DNA of 64,000 nucleotides, from assembly GCF_009914755.1 (NCBI RefSeq), contig NC_060935.1; one strand, written 5' to 3'. The position numbers and the translations under genes are program-made. The stretch's first letter is position 1. Each line of letters opens with the position of its first letter. Below the pieces are notes generated by a model that saw nothing but the letters and a program-made list of their open reading frames with translations, searched no databases and was not told the origin of the DNA. Shown piece after piece: positions 10,094 to 22,508 of the stretch. The DNA is from the human T2T-CHM13v2.0 reference genome, Homo sapiens.

Positions 10094-12097
10094 TACACTC
10101 AGTGTGTCAATTCTGAACTTACTCTCATCACACCAGAGCACACATAAGACAATGAAGAGATAGAGGTCAGCTGTGAATTATAGAAGAAGGAGAGAAATGG
10201 TGGCTGGAACTCAGAAGCCCTTGGCTAGGCTCTGAGGTCTCCTAGGACAATACTCTTCAGACTACAAACCTGAATATCTACCATGTGTCAGAAACTAGCC
10301 TGGGCATGGAGGATGAACAAGTCACAGACTGGGTGCTTACAGACTGGAAAAAGGGATAGAAACAGATGTAAGTAACTGTTATTATGAAAAGTGAAATAAC
10401 AAAGACATAAACCCAGAGGTATAGGAGAATAGAGGAATAGCTGCCCTGAGGATACAAAGAAGAGGGCTTTGCAATGGAGGAGACATTTGAACTGAGTTTT
10501 GAGAAGTGACAAAGCAATCACAAAGAAGGGTAATTAAAATATATTGCACGTAATGTCAATGAAAATGGTAGGAGTAAAATCCTCTGAAAATTTCCTCCCC
10601 CCTAAAAGCAATGAGAAAAATGGCAAAAAATGGTGAGAATCAATTTTTTCAGAACTCTGGAAATTAATCAAAAGTTTATAGCAATCTGGGAAGTCTTCGT
10701 TCAAGAAAAAAAATGACATAATTATAGAAAGAAGAGTGAGCCTTGTGGCATTTTAACTTGCTCCAATTCCATCCCCCTCACCCCAACTCTGCAGTAGCTT
10801 TGAAAACCAACAAACCACAATCATCATGGAAACCAGCAGCCTGGCAGCTACAAGAAGGGGTAGAACAGCCTTGGAGTTCCTTCAAAGCCTCATTCCCAGA
10901 GAGTTGTAATTATTTGACCTGTCTAGTGGTTCCCTGGAAGATACCATTTGCAAGACTGTCTTTATTTCACCTGTCTCAAAGCTTGCCTGGAGCGAACAGC
11001 TTTTTCCTTAAGGGTATTTGTTGAAAACAACTAGAGACAATTGTTGGACTTTGTGGCTGCCTAAAACAATGGATAAGAGTTGAGGCAAAAAAAAAAAAAA
11101 GGGCTAAACAAAAAGCTTAAAAAGAAAATGTGGGGGAATAAAATATCTATAAAGGGCCTTGAAAGGCTCTGAAATATCCCAAGGAATATAGAAAGCCATA
11201 TGTACGCACAGGAGGGTGCACATGCCCAGGGCTGTGCACATGTGCAGGAAAAACTAAGGAAGGTCCTGAGCTCTCACCCTGGGCTAAGCTTAAGGCTCTG
11301 CACAAGCAGGAAGGCTAAGGTGGAGTTGTCAATGTCCTGTCTGAGAGTTGAAGGCATGTCCCAACATACACACAGAGCCACTCTGCAAAAACAAGGTGAC
11401 TTATTGGTCTCAAGCATCAAGAAACTCTCTGTCTAATTACTAGCTGAACACTAAGCAGAGAGAGATTTCAGTGGCCACACATGACAAAAAACACAGACTT
11501 TGCAGAATTAGCTCAGAAAAGTCACTAAACACACAAAGAAGCAACATCAACAACAACAAACCCTGAGGAAGGGAGAGAAGGTTATTTCCAAAGTTGCTGT
11601 ATTATATTATGTTATTTAAAATGCAGTTTTCAATAAGAAATTATGAGGCACACAAAGAAACAAGAAAGTAAGGCACATACACCGGGGGAAAAAATAATTG
11701 ATAAAAACTGTCCCTGAAGCCCATATATTGAACTTATAAGATGAAAACTTTAAATCAGCTATTCTATATACATTCAAAGAAGTAAAGAAAACCATATCCA
11801 AAGAACTAGAAAAAGGTATGAGAATAATATCTTATCAGGTAATGAATATCAACAAGGAGATAGAAATTATATATTTTTTTCAAGAACCAAATATAAATTC
11901 TGGAGTTGAGTAGTATGATAGCTGAAATGAAAAATTTACTAGAAGGGCTCAACAGCAGATCTGAGCAGGCAGAAGAAAGAATCTGTGAATTAAAGATATG
12001 TAAATTGATATTATACAGTCTAAGGGATAGAAAGGAAAAAAGAATGGAGAAAAATGAACAAAGGTTCAGAGACATTTGAGATAACATCAAAAATATG

Positions 12098-12098
<1 letters not shown>

Positions 12099-12136
<38 letters not shown>

Positions 12137-12143
12137 TGTGTGT
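12099..12143. repeat. (TG)n microsatellite
   Basis: Seen directly. Confidence 0.95.
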
Positions 12144-12602
12144 AATGAGAATCCAAGAAAGAGAAGAGAGAGGAAGCAGAAATAATATTTGAAAAAATAA
12201 TGACCAAAAACTTTACAAATTTGATGAAAAATATTAATCTGCACATGCAAAAAAACTCAATAAACTTCAAATAGGATACATCAAAGAGATCCACACGTAA
12301 ACACATCATAATCAAATTGTTTAAGGCCAAAGACAAGAAAGATTCTTGGAAGCAGCATGAGGAAAGCAACTTATCACATACGAAGGGATCTTCAATCAAC
12401 AGTTTAACAGTTAAGAGTTGGCTTCTCATCAGAAACCATGGAAGCCAGAATGGCATATTCAATTCCTTAAAGAAAAAGATTGTCAACCAAAATTCTGTAT
12501 CTAGCAAAACTACCCTTCAAAAGTGAAATAGTAATTTAGATAATCTCAGATAGACAAAAACTAAGAGAATGCATTGCTAGCAAACCTGTCCTACAAGAAA
12601 TA

Positions 12603-12939
12603 CAGTCATGTGCCACATGACAGTCAACAATGTACCACATATTCAACAGTGGTCCCACAAGATTATAATGAAGCTTTTATACTGTATTTTTAATGTATCT
12701 TTCCTATGTTTAGATACATAAATACTTAGTATTGTGTTACAGTTGCCTTCAGTACTCAGTATGGTAATATGCTATCCAGGTTTGTAGCCTCAGAGCAGTA
12801 GACTATGCCACATAGCCTAGGTGTGTAGTAGGCTATACCATCTAGGTTTGTGTAAGTACACTCTGTTTCACACAATGACAAAATCGCCTAACAACACAGT
12901 TCTCAGAATGTATCTCCTTCATTAAGTGATGCATGACTA
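12603..12939 (+). mobile_element. Tigger3/MER7-type DNA transposon inserted in the old L1
   Basis: TIRs cagtcatg...catgacta, TA flanks, ggtcccacaagattataat motif. Confidence 0.8.
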
Positions 12940-13759
12940 TACTAAAGGGAGTCCTTTAGGCTGAAATAAAAAGATATAAGACAGTAACTTGAATCCACAT
13001 TAAGAAATAAAAAATGCTAGTAAAGGAAAGTATATAGGTAAACATAAAAGACAGTATAAATGCATTTTTTTGTTTGTAATTCTTTTTGTTCTCTCATCTG
13101 ACTTTAAAGACAATTGCATAAAGCCATAATTATAAATCTGTATTGATGGGTATATGGTGCAAAAATATATAATTTGTATGACAATACAGCACAAAGTAAG
13201 AAAAGAATGGAAGTAATAAGAGCAAAGATTTTTATACTATTAAAATTAAATTGGTATTAATCTGAATGGATTGTTATAATTTAAAATGTTAATTGAAATT
13301 ATCAGGCTACTAAGAAAATAACTTAAAATGTATATAGTAAAAGAAATGACAGAGGAGTTAAAATGGAACACTAGAAAATAACTGTTTAACACAAGGCAGA
13401 AATGAAACAAAAACACATAAGACATATAAAAAACAAATAGCAATATAATAGACATAAATCCTACCTTATCAGTAGTTACACTAAGTGTAAATGGATGAAA
13501 CTCTTCAATTAAAAGGTAGAAATTGGCAGAATGAATTTTTAAAGCCATGATCAAGCTATATACTATATATAAGAGACATATTTTAGTTTTAAAGACAAAA
13601 TACGTTGAAGGCAAAGGGTGGAAAAAGAGGTTCCATGTACACAGAAACCAAAAGAGAGCTGGAATAACTATAATAATATCAGACAAAATAGACTTTAAGA
13701 CAAAAATCATTGTGAGAGACAAAGTAGGACATTTTATAATGATAAAAGAGTTAATCCTT

Positions 13760-14050
13760 CCAGGCACGTTGGCTCACACCTGTAATCCCAGCACTTTGGA
13801 GGGCTGAGGTGGGTGGATCACTTGAGGGCAGGAGTTCAAGACCAGCCTGACCAATATGATGAAACCCCTTCTCTACTAAATATACAAAAATTAGCCAGGT
13901 ATGTGGCATGCACCTGTTATCCCAGCTACTCAGGAGGTTGAGGTGGGAGAATCACTTGAGCCCAGGAGACAGAGTTTGCAGTGAGCTGAGATCGTGCCAC
14001 TATACTCCATTCTGGGTGACAGAGATAGACTCCATCTTGAAAAAAAAAAA
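13760..14050 (+). mobile_element. Alu (S/J)
   Basis: Dimeric Alu with A tail; partial TSD aaaagagt. Confidence 0.95.
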
Positions 14051-14058
14051 GAGTCATT

Positions 14059-14713
14059 TTCTGTGGGGCACTGCCCGGTGGCTCTGGCCCCATGGGGCCA
14101 TTGGCCCAGCTTGCCATTCCCTGAGCTCCGGTGGCCCATTGTTGGAGGAGCTGTTCGCCCAGGGCGGGCCCTTGTGGACCTTTCTCAAGCTCCAGGCGGG
14201 GTCTGAGGCCCATTTGAAGGTCAGGAGGCCCGAGCTGGTGACAGTGGTAAAACTGCTGAACGAGAAGGAGCAGGAGCTGCAGGAGACCGAGCACTTGCTG
14301 CACCATGAGAATGAAGATTTAAGGAAACTTGCAGAGAATGAAATAACTTTGTGTCAAAAAGAAATAACTCAGCTGAAGCATCAGAAGAAACAGATGAAAA
14401 TGATTTGATCCTGGAAGTAACTGCAGGAGTTGGAGGTCAGGAGGCAATGTTGTTTACTTCAGAGATATTTGATAGGTATCAGCAATATGCTGCATTTAAA
14501 AGATGACATTTTGAAACCCTGGAATATTTTCCAAGTGAAATAGGTGGCCGTAGACATGCGTCTGCCAGCACTGGGGGTTCAGAAGTCTATAGGCACATGA
14601 AATTTGAAGGAGGTGTGCACAGAGTACAAAGAGTGCCAAAGACAGAAAAGCAAGGCTGCATCCATACTAGCACCATGACAGTAGCAATATTACCCCAGCC
14701 TACTGAGATTAAT
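14059..14713 (+). pseudogene. MTRF1LP1: Processed pseudogene of mitochondrial release factor MTRF1L, 3' truncated before the GGQ motif (probably MTRF1LP1)
   Basis: Intronless; [10 protein letters not shown]...[11 protein letters not shown]...[26 protein letters not shown] / [23 protein letters not shown]...[19 protein letters not shown]...[16 protein letters not shown]; no ATG, frameshift at 14384, TGA at 14504. Confidence 0.92.
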
Positions 14714-14716
14714 TAA

Positions 14717-17133
14717 TTGAATTGATCCCTTTACCATTATGTAATGGCCTTCTTTGTCTCTTTTGATCTTTGTTGGTTTAAAGTCTGTTTTATCAGAGAC
14801 TAGGATTGCAACCCCTGCTTTTTTTTGCTTTCCATTTGCTTGGTAGATCTTCCTCCATCCGTTTATTTTGAGCCTATGTGTGTCTCTGCACGTGAGATGG
14901 GTCTCCTGAATACAGCACACTGATGGGTCTTGACTATTTATCCAATTTGCCAGTCTGTGTCTTTTAATTGGGGCATTTAGCCCATTTACATTTAAGGTCA
15001 ATATTGTTATGTGTGAATTTGATCCTGTCATTATGATGTTAGCTGGTTATTTTGCCCGTTAGTTGATTCAGTTTCTTCCTAGCATCGATGGTCTTTACAA
15101 TTTGGCATGTTTTTGCAGTGGCTGGTACCAGTTGTTCCTTTCCATGTTTATTGCTTCCTTCAGGAGCTTTTGTAAGGCAGGCCTGGTGGTGACAAAATCT
15201 CTCAGCATTTGCTTGTCTGTAAAGGATTTTATTTCTCCTTCACTTATGAAGCTTAGTTTGGCTGGATATGAAATTTCCGGGTTGAAAATTCTTTTCTTTA
15301 AGAATGTTGAATATTGGCCCCCACTCTCTTCTGGCTTGTAGAGTTTCTGTCGAGAGATCCGCTGTTAGTCTGATGGGTTTCCCTTTGTGGGTAACCTGAC
15401 CTTTCTCTCTGGTTGCCCTTAGCATTTTTTCCTTCATTTCAACCTTGGTGAATCTGACAATTACGTGTCTTGGGGTGCTCTTCTCGAGGAGTATCTTTGT
15501 GGTGTTCTCTGTATTTCCTAAATTTGAATGTTGGCCTGCCTTGCTAGGTTGGGGAAGTTCTCCTGGATGATATCCTGAACAGTGTTTTCCAACTTGGTTC
15601 CATTCTCCCTGTCACTTTCAGCTACACCAATCAAACATAGATTTGGTCTTTTCACATAGTCCCATATTTCTTGGAGGATTTGTTCATTTCTTTTTACTCT
15701 TTTTTCTCTAAACTTCTCTTCTCATTTTATTTCATTAATTTGATCTTCAATAACTGATACCCTTTCTTCCACTTGATCGAATCAGCTATTGAAGCTTGTG
15801 CGTGCATCACGTAGTTCTTGCACCATGGTTTTCAGCTCCGTCAGGTCATTTAAGATCTTCTCTACACTGTTTATTCTAGTTAACCATTCATCTAATCTTT
15901 TTTCAAGGTTTTTAGCTTCCTTGCAATGGGTTAGAACATCCTCCTTTAGCTCAGAGAAGTTTCTTATTACCGACCTTCTGAAGCCTATTTCTGTCAACTC
16001 GTCATTCTCCATCCAGCTTTGTTCTGTTGCTGGCAAGGAGGTGCAATCCTTTGGAGTGGAAGAGGTGCTCTGGTTTTTAGAATTTTCAGTTTTTCTGCTC
16101 TGGTTTCTCCCCATCTTTGTGGTTTTATCTACCTTTGGTCTTTGATGTTGGTGACCTACAGATGAGGTTTTGGTGTGGATGTCCTTTTTGTTGATGTTGA
16201 TGCTATTCCTTTCTGTTTGTTAGTTTTCCTTCTAACAGTCAGGTCCCTCAGCTGCAGGTCTGTTGGAGTTTGCTGGAGGTCCACTCCAGACCCTGTTTGC
16301 CTGGGTATCACCAGCAGAGGCGGCAGAACAGCAAATATTGCTACCTGATCCTTCCTCTGAAAGCTTCATCCCAGAGGGGCACTCACCTGTAGGAGGTATC
16401 AGTCGGCCCCTACTGGGAGGTGTCTCTCAGTTAGGCTACACACGGGTCAGGGACCCACTTGAGGAGGCAGTCTGTCCTTTCTCAGAGCTCAAACACTGTG
16501 CTGGGAGAACCACTGCTGTCTTCAGAGCTGTCAGACAAGGATGTTTAAGTCTGCAGAAGTTTCTGCTGCCTTTTGTTCTGCTATGCCCTGCCACCAGAGG
16601 TGGAGTCTACAGAGGCAGCAGGTCTTGGTGAGCTGCGGTGGGCTCCCCCCAGTTCAAGCTTCCCCGGCCACTTTGTTTACCTACTCAAGCCTCAGCAATG
16701 GCAGACGCCCCTCCCCCTGCCAGACTGCTGCCTCACAGGTCAATCTCAGACTGCTGCGCTTGCAGTGAGCAAGGCTCTGTGGGCGTGTGACCCACCAAGT
16801 CACGCATGGGATATAATCTTCTGGTGTGCCGTTTGCTAAGATCATTGGAAAAGCGCAGAATTAGGCAGGACTGCCCCGTTTTTCCAGGTACAGTCTGTCA
16901 CAGCTTCCCTTGGCTAGGAAAGGGAAATCTCCTGACCCCTTGTGCTTCCTGGGTAAGGCGATGCCCCGCCCTGCTTTGGCTCCCACTCCATGGGCTGCAC
17001 CCACTGTCCAACCAGTCCCAATGAGATGAACCAGGTACCTCAGTTGGAAATGCAGAAATCACCCATCTTCTGCGTTGATCATGCTGGGAGCTGCAGACCA
17101 GAACTGTTCCTATTCAGCCATCTTGGAATGGAG
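14717..17133 (-). mobile_element. L1PA 5' part (5'UTR promoter, disrupted ORF1, first ~106 codons of ORF2), 3' end missing
   Basis: 5' end ccaagatggctgaataggaacag; ORF1 fragments (15782-16114, 15240-15437); ORF2 MTGSNSHITILTLNVNGLN...GHYIMVKGSIQ. Confidence 0.95.
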
Positions 17134-18089
17134 AAAGAATATAGCAGCTTAGTTCTTGACCAGTTTGGTCCTCTGTCTGCCCCTTTCATCTAGATTCTCC
17201 CTCAAGAAGGCTGGTAGTGGCTTGGGTGCTTAGTGGGGAGATCTCATATCACTTTTACACAAGTCTTGGCAGCCAGCATCCTCCCTAACTCAGCCCCCAG
17301 CTCTGGCCATTCTCATTACCATCAGGCTGGCTGTGACTTAATCATTCTGGAGGAGGCTGTATTCAAACCTTTGGTTTCTAGTATAACACAAGTTATCCTA
17401 GAATAGGCCCTATTAAACCCCTTGGTTTCTAGGTTTCTAAGGATAATATAGCAATTTTTATGTAGATTCTAATTTCTATTAACCTGGGTAATGAAAATGG
17501 AAAGGGGTCACTAAAGACTCCAAAATAATGATTAAAACAAACTACAGCCAACTGTCAATTATCCAAAGAGGAATTAAAACATGGAAACTATGAATACATT
17601 GTAGTCCCTGCTCTCAAAGGAGTTTATAATCCACTTGAGATGACAAACAAATACACCAAAGGGAGTGACCTGAGAGGATAGGTGGTAAAAGTAGATAGTG
17701 TGGGCTCAAATAGAATCAGCAGCCCTGAGTTCCACAGTGTCATGCTGAGGTCATGGTTTACACTGACCGTATTGAAACCCTAACCCTGGGAATAGTGCAT
17801 GGTAGCATCTGCAGGCTGACAGTACCTAACCAGCCCTGAAGGAGTGGCTCAGAAGTCAGGTTCTGCTGGAGGGACAGGGTTTGGAAAGAGCTGGCAGAGG
17901 AATGACAGAAGGTCACCAGGGAAAGGAAGGCTGAGACAGGCCTATTTCCAAATTTTCCAGGGCAAGCCCTAGCCAGTGAACCCTGAGTTTGCTCTGGACT
18001 TGGTTTTTCCTATTGAAGATACCCAAGAAAGCATCAGGCAACATGACTGATCTTTTCCCTCACAGTTTTGGCCCCCAGGCCAATGGCTC

Positions 18090-18230
18090 TTAACCCTGGG
18101 TGGTTCACTGGAATCCCCTGGGAAGCTTGATACTAAAACAGTCATCCCTTGGCCCTATTTGAAACTCCCTGAAACATCACCCCTCTAAATGGGGGTCCTT
18201 GTGTCTGTTTTTACCCTGGTGATTCTGGGG
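18090..18230. mobile_element. MER5-like hAT remnant
   Basis: caatggctcttaaccctgg...gaatcccctgggaagctt...ctggtgattctg. Confidence 0.5.
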
Positions 18231-18529
18231 AAGCAACATCTCAGCTAAGCTTCTCAGTCTTCTTTAGGCCTAGTAGGAGCAGCAGGAATTGGAGGAGGGA
18301 AAGTTGTGTCACAAAAGAGTTATTTTTAAAATCATCAGTTACCCTGAGTATCTTTCCATGGTATATGGTGTGCCATTACCTTGGACAGACTTACATCATC
18401 TTTGTAAAAAGAGCTGTGTTCCTCCATCAGCTGCCACACAGCCAAAATTCTACTCAAAGAGATCCATTGTGTTGGAGTGAGGCATTGTGTCTCCAGTGTC
18501 TAGCACAGTCTGGTACATATTAAGCGTAT

Positions 18530-18905
18530 AGGCCAGGATAGGCCAGGTTATGCTGTAGTAGGGAGCACCTCCCAGGTCACAGTGGCTTAAAACAACAAAG
18601 GTTTATTTCTTACCTATGCTTCAGGTTCACAGGGATCAAGCTGGGGACTTTTGTCCACATATCCTCAGTTAAAAACCCAAACAATAGAGTAGCCTCCATC
18701 TGGAATGTTACTGGTCACAGTGGCTGAAAGAAAGAGGGTTCTGGAGGACTTCACACTGGAAATTAAATGTTCTGGCCACTTTCAGTTCATTAGCCCAAGA
18801 TGTCACATGCTTCTGCCCAACCATGAGGAGACCATGAAAATGCAATCCTACAATATGCAGCGAAGCACAGAGCCAGAAATACTTGAACAGCACCAGTAAC
18901 TACCA
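18530..18905 (-). mobile_element. Old MLT1-type LTR remnant
   Basis: ggttatgctgtagta...cagtggcttaaaacaacaaaggtttatttc. Confidence 0.55.
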
Positions 18906-19348
18906 CAATGGGTATTCAGTAAATATTTGTAAAATAAAATAATGGATGAGCAGAAATCACCTTACAAGACAAGGTCATTAAGTCCACCTTTAACCCGCAA
19001 TGACATTTTTTTTTTCCCCTGGGATAAGAAAGAGGTAAGTGAAAGCAGGACTAAATGATTGAGCACACAGCTCTCCATCTTCTTTGTCACCCTGGTTGGC
19101 ACAGCCCGTAGGGACTCTGGCTGGCCCTCTTCTCTCTGTAAGAGTCCCACTTCTGGAAAAAGGTAGCTCAGTTGCCCTGAGCCTCTGTAAGTCATGTTTG
19201 AGTAGTGTGAGAGATGGCTCTGGTGTTGCATGACAGTGGAATACTCACAATTATAGGGCGATCAGGAGCTGCTGAAACCAGCTCTGCTCTCCTTCAAGAG
19301 CAGATTTTAGATTAACCAGAGCTGGTTTCTTTCTCCCTGACTACCCAA

Positions 19349-20915
19349 TTCACTGCTATCCCTATCAAGCTACCATTGACTTTCTCCACAGAATTAGAAA
19401 AAACTACTTTAAATTTCATATGGAACTAAAAAAGAGCCCACATAGCCAAGACAATCCTAAGCAAAAAGAACAAAGCTGGAGGCATCACACTACTTGATTT
19501 CAAAATATACTACAAAGCTACAGTAACCAAAACAGCATGTTACTGGTACAAAAACAGATATACAGACTGATGGGACAGAACAGGGGCCTCAGAAATAACA
19601 CCACACATCTACAACCATCTGATCTTTGACAAACCTGACAAAAACAAGCAATGGGGAAAGGATTCCCTACTTAAAATGGTGTTGGGAAAACTGGCTAGCC
19701 ATATGCAGAAAACTGAAACTGGACCCCTTCCTTACACATTTACACAAAAATTAACTCAAGCTGGATTAAAGACTTAAATGTAAAACCCAAAACCATAAAA
19801 AAAATTAGAAGAAAACCTAGGCAATACCATTTAGGACATAAGCATGGGCAAAGACTTCATGACTAAAATGCCAAAAGCAAGGGCAACGAAAGCCAAAATT
19901 GACAAATGGGATCTAATTCAATGAAAGAGCTTCTGCACAGCAAAAGAAACTACCATCAGAGTGAACAGGCAACCTACAAAATGGGAGAAAATTTTTGCAA
20001 TCTACCCATCTGACAAAGGGCTAACATCCAGAATCTACAAGGAACTTAAACAAATCTACAAGAAAAAAACAAACAAACCCATCAAAAAGTGGGCGAAGGA
20101 TATGAACAGACACTTCTCAAAAGAAGACATCTACGCAGCCAACAAACATGAAAAAATGCTCATCATTACTGGTCATTAGAGAAATGCAAATCGAAACCAC
20201 AATGAGATACCATCTCACACCACTTAGAATGGCAATCATTAAAAAGTCAGGAAGCAACAGATGCTGGAGAGGATGTGGAGAAATAGGAACGCTTTTACAC
20301 TGTTATTGGGAGTGTAAATTATTTCAACCATTGTGGAAGACAGTGTGGCGATTCCTCAAGGATCTAGAACCAGAAACACCATTAGACCCAGCAATCCCAT
20401 TACTGGGTATATACCCAAAGGATGATAAATTGTTCTACTATAAAGACACATGCACACATATGTTCATTGCAGCACTATTCACAATAGCAAAGACTTGGAA
20501 CCAACCGAAATGCCTATCAATGATAGACTGGATAAAGAAAATGTGGCACATATACACCATGGAATACTGTGCAGCCATAAAAATGGGTGAGCTCATGTCC
20601 TTTGCAGGGACATGGATGCAGCTGGAAACCATCATTCTCAGCAAACTAACACAGGAACAGAAAACCAAACACCACATATTCTCACTCATAAGTGGGAGTT
20701 GAACAATGAGAACACATGGACACAGGGAGGGGAACATCACACACTGGGGCCTGTCGGGGGTTGGGGGACTAGAGGAGGGATAGCATTCGGAGAAATACCT
20801 AATGGGTATTGGGTTGATGGGTGCAGCAAACCACCATGGCACGTGTATACCTATGTGACAAACATCCACATTCTGCACATGTATCCCAGAATTTAAAGTA
20901 TAATGTTTTTTAAAA
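19349..20915 (+). mobile_element. 5'-truncated L1PA (ORF2 C-terminus and 3'UTR)
   Basis: ORFs 19961-20179 and 20148-20702 match the L1 ORF2 C-terminal region; typical L1PA 3'UTR. Confidence 0.95.
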
Positions 20916-21009
20916 AGTTTCTTTTCTCTTTCTCACTGCTATGCCCTTCCATTCTAGATGATCTATTCTGGTTTGCCCTAGCCATTTCTCTGGTTTGCAC
21001 AGAATAACC

Positions 21010-21233
21010 ACTCTAGGATAAGGCAGGAGCCCAGATGCAGAATTGAAGGACTTACTCACTAGCAAGTGGAGTGCCAGCATTTGAATTGTCTAAGAGTGAG
21101 GCCTTCTTAAATTGTGTGCCCTAGAGTGCCCTATCTGAAACTTCCCAAAGCATAACTCCTCTGAATGGGGGCCTTGGGGTCTGTATTGTCACCCTGGTGA
21201 TGCTGATGTAGCTTCACTCTAGTCCTGGCCCTG
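21010..21233. mobile_element. MER81 (hAT-Blackjack) palindromic element with an internal insertion
   Basis: gagtgaggccttcttaaattgtgtgccctag...gcttcactctagtcctggccctg matches the MER81 end. Confidence 0.65.
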
Positions 21234-21876
21234 CTCCCCTGCCTCCTCCCACTGATGACTCCCTGTCCCACCAGGCCCATCTGTGGATGAGCTTTGAAAT
21301 TCTTGCTTCCTCTCCTTCTTCAGTCACTGTTTTGATATTTTCAAAAACATCAAGGCTTTTTCTCAACTGTCCTTCAGATGGACCCTGCCACCTTTAAACA
21401 GGTCACAATGTCTTTCTCTTCCACCCAAGCAGAAATACCCAAGTTCTAGTTCATACAGAAATATCAGACTTGCAAAATTTGTTGACAGAGACCATTGAAT
21501 CCACCACTTCTCCGATCAGAGAAAACTGAGGCCACAAAAGCTGAATATGCCACAGAAATGTGGAGGCAATTCAAGTCCAGGTCTCCTGACTCCTAGTCCA
21601 GGATCTTTTCCTGTTTTCATCCCACATGCCACACAAATCATGTATTCACTGAATAGACAGGCTCGAAGAGAAGAAATTCCACCTGTGGACCACAGCTCTG
21701 GCCAGTGCCTATGGAGTTCCATCCTGCTCATGATCTTCTCTTCCTATCTGTAAGTGGACAACAACTTCAGCCCTTGTCTGTGGATTCAAGGTTGCCCATG
21801 ACCTTCCCCATCCTGATTCCCTGCACTTTCTGACTTGCTTAGACAGCCCCCATAATCACATGAACCTCTTGTAATA

Positions 21877-21899
21877 TCTCTCTCTCTCTCTCTCTCTCT
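21877..21899. repeat. (TC)n microsatellite
   Basis: Seen directly. Confidence 0.9.
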
Positions 21900-22508
21900 G
21901 GAAATGTTGGAGGTTGGTGCTCCAGGTGGTGGTGATGAGACAGCATGGATCTGGGGAGATGAAAAACTGAGAATCTGAAAGCTTTGTACATTGCCCTTGG
22001 TCCCATGCTATTTCCCCATTTGTCTTCGTCTCTATCAATAATGTGTCCCTCATTATCATCTAGTCTCTACCCGTAGTAAGGTCCTCCTGCATCCACAATA
22101 CCCCAGTCCCCTCAAACAAGTCCCCAGCCCCTTCAAGTTCAGTTTGTGTCATCCTGTTTGGGTTAGTTTAAGCCACCAGACACTCTGCTGTCATCCCACA
22201 GCCTGATGGGGCCCGACCATACACTCTTTCCATCCTACCTTCTGGAGAGTGGTTTTCTCAATGAAGTAATGAATAATTCAGAAGTCTAAGAAGAGAAAAG
22301 CTTTAAGGAATGAAAAATTAGGAAAATATTCGATCCAGTTAACTTATTCCAGATCCAGACCATTGACTGCATATTTATAGACAGTGAACAAACCCCAAGT
22401 GACCGTTGCCATTTTACCAAAAAAATGGATTAAAGTATATTTAAAATGAAAAGAAAAATTGTGTGGTCTCATATAGTAGTGAGCTGCCTTGATTAGCATA
22501 TCACATTC

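Larger units (their letters stand above)
10530..13759 (+). mobile_element. Old L1 (L1M type): 5' region, decayed ORF1 and start of ORF2 endonuclease
   Basis: ORF1-like remnants; ORF 13547 carries KRAGITIIISDKIDFKTKIIVRDKVGHFIMIKE, homologous to L1 EN. Confidence 0.8.

Noticed and set aside
11806-13767. Long minus-strand ORFs (233 aa and 173 aa) rich in F/L/I
   Set aside because: Antisense of A-rich old L1 sequence; composition artefact
20148-20702. 184-aa ORF
   Set aside because: L1 ORF2 C-terminal remnant of a 5'-truncated element, not a host gene
14717-20915. Twin-priming (5' inversion) linking the minus L1 5' part and the plus L1 3' part
   Set aside because: They are separated by 2.2 kb of unique and older-repeat DNA and I see no shared TSD
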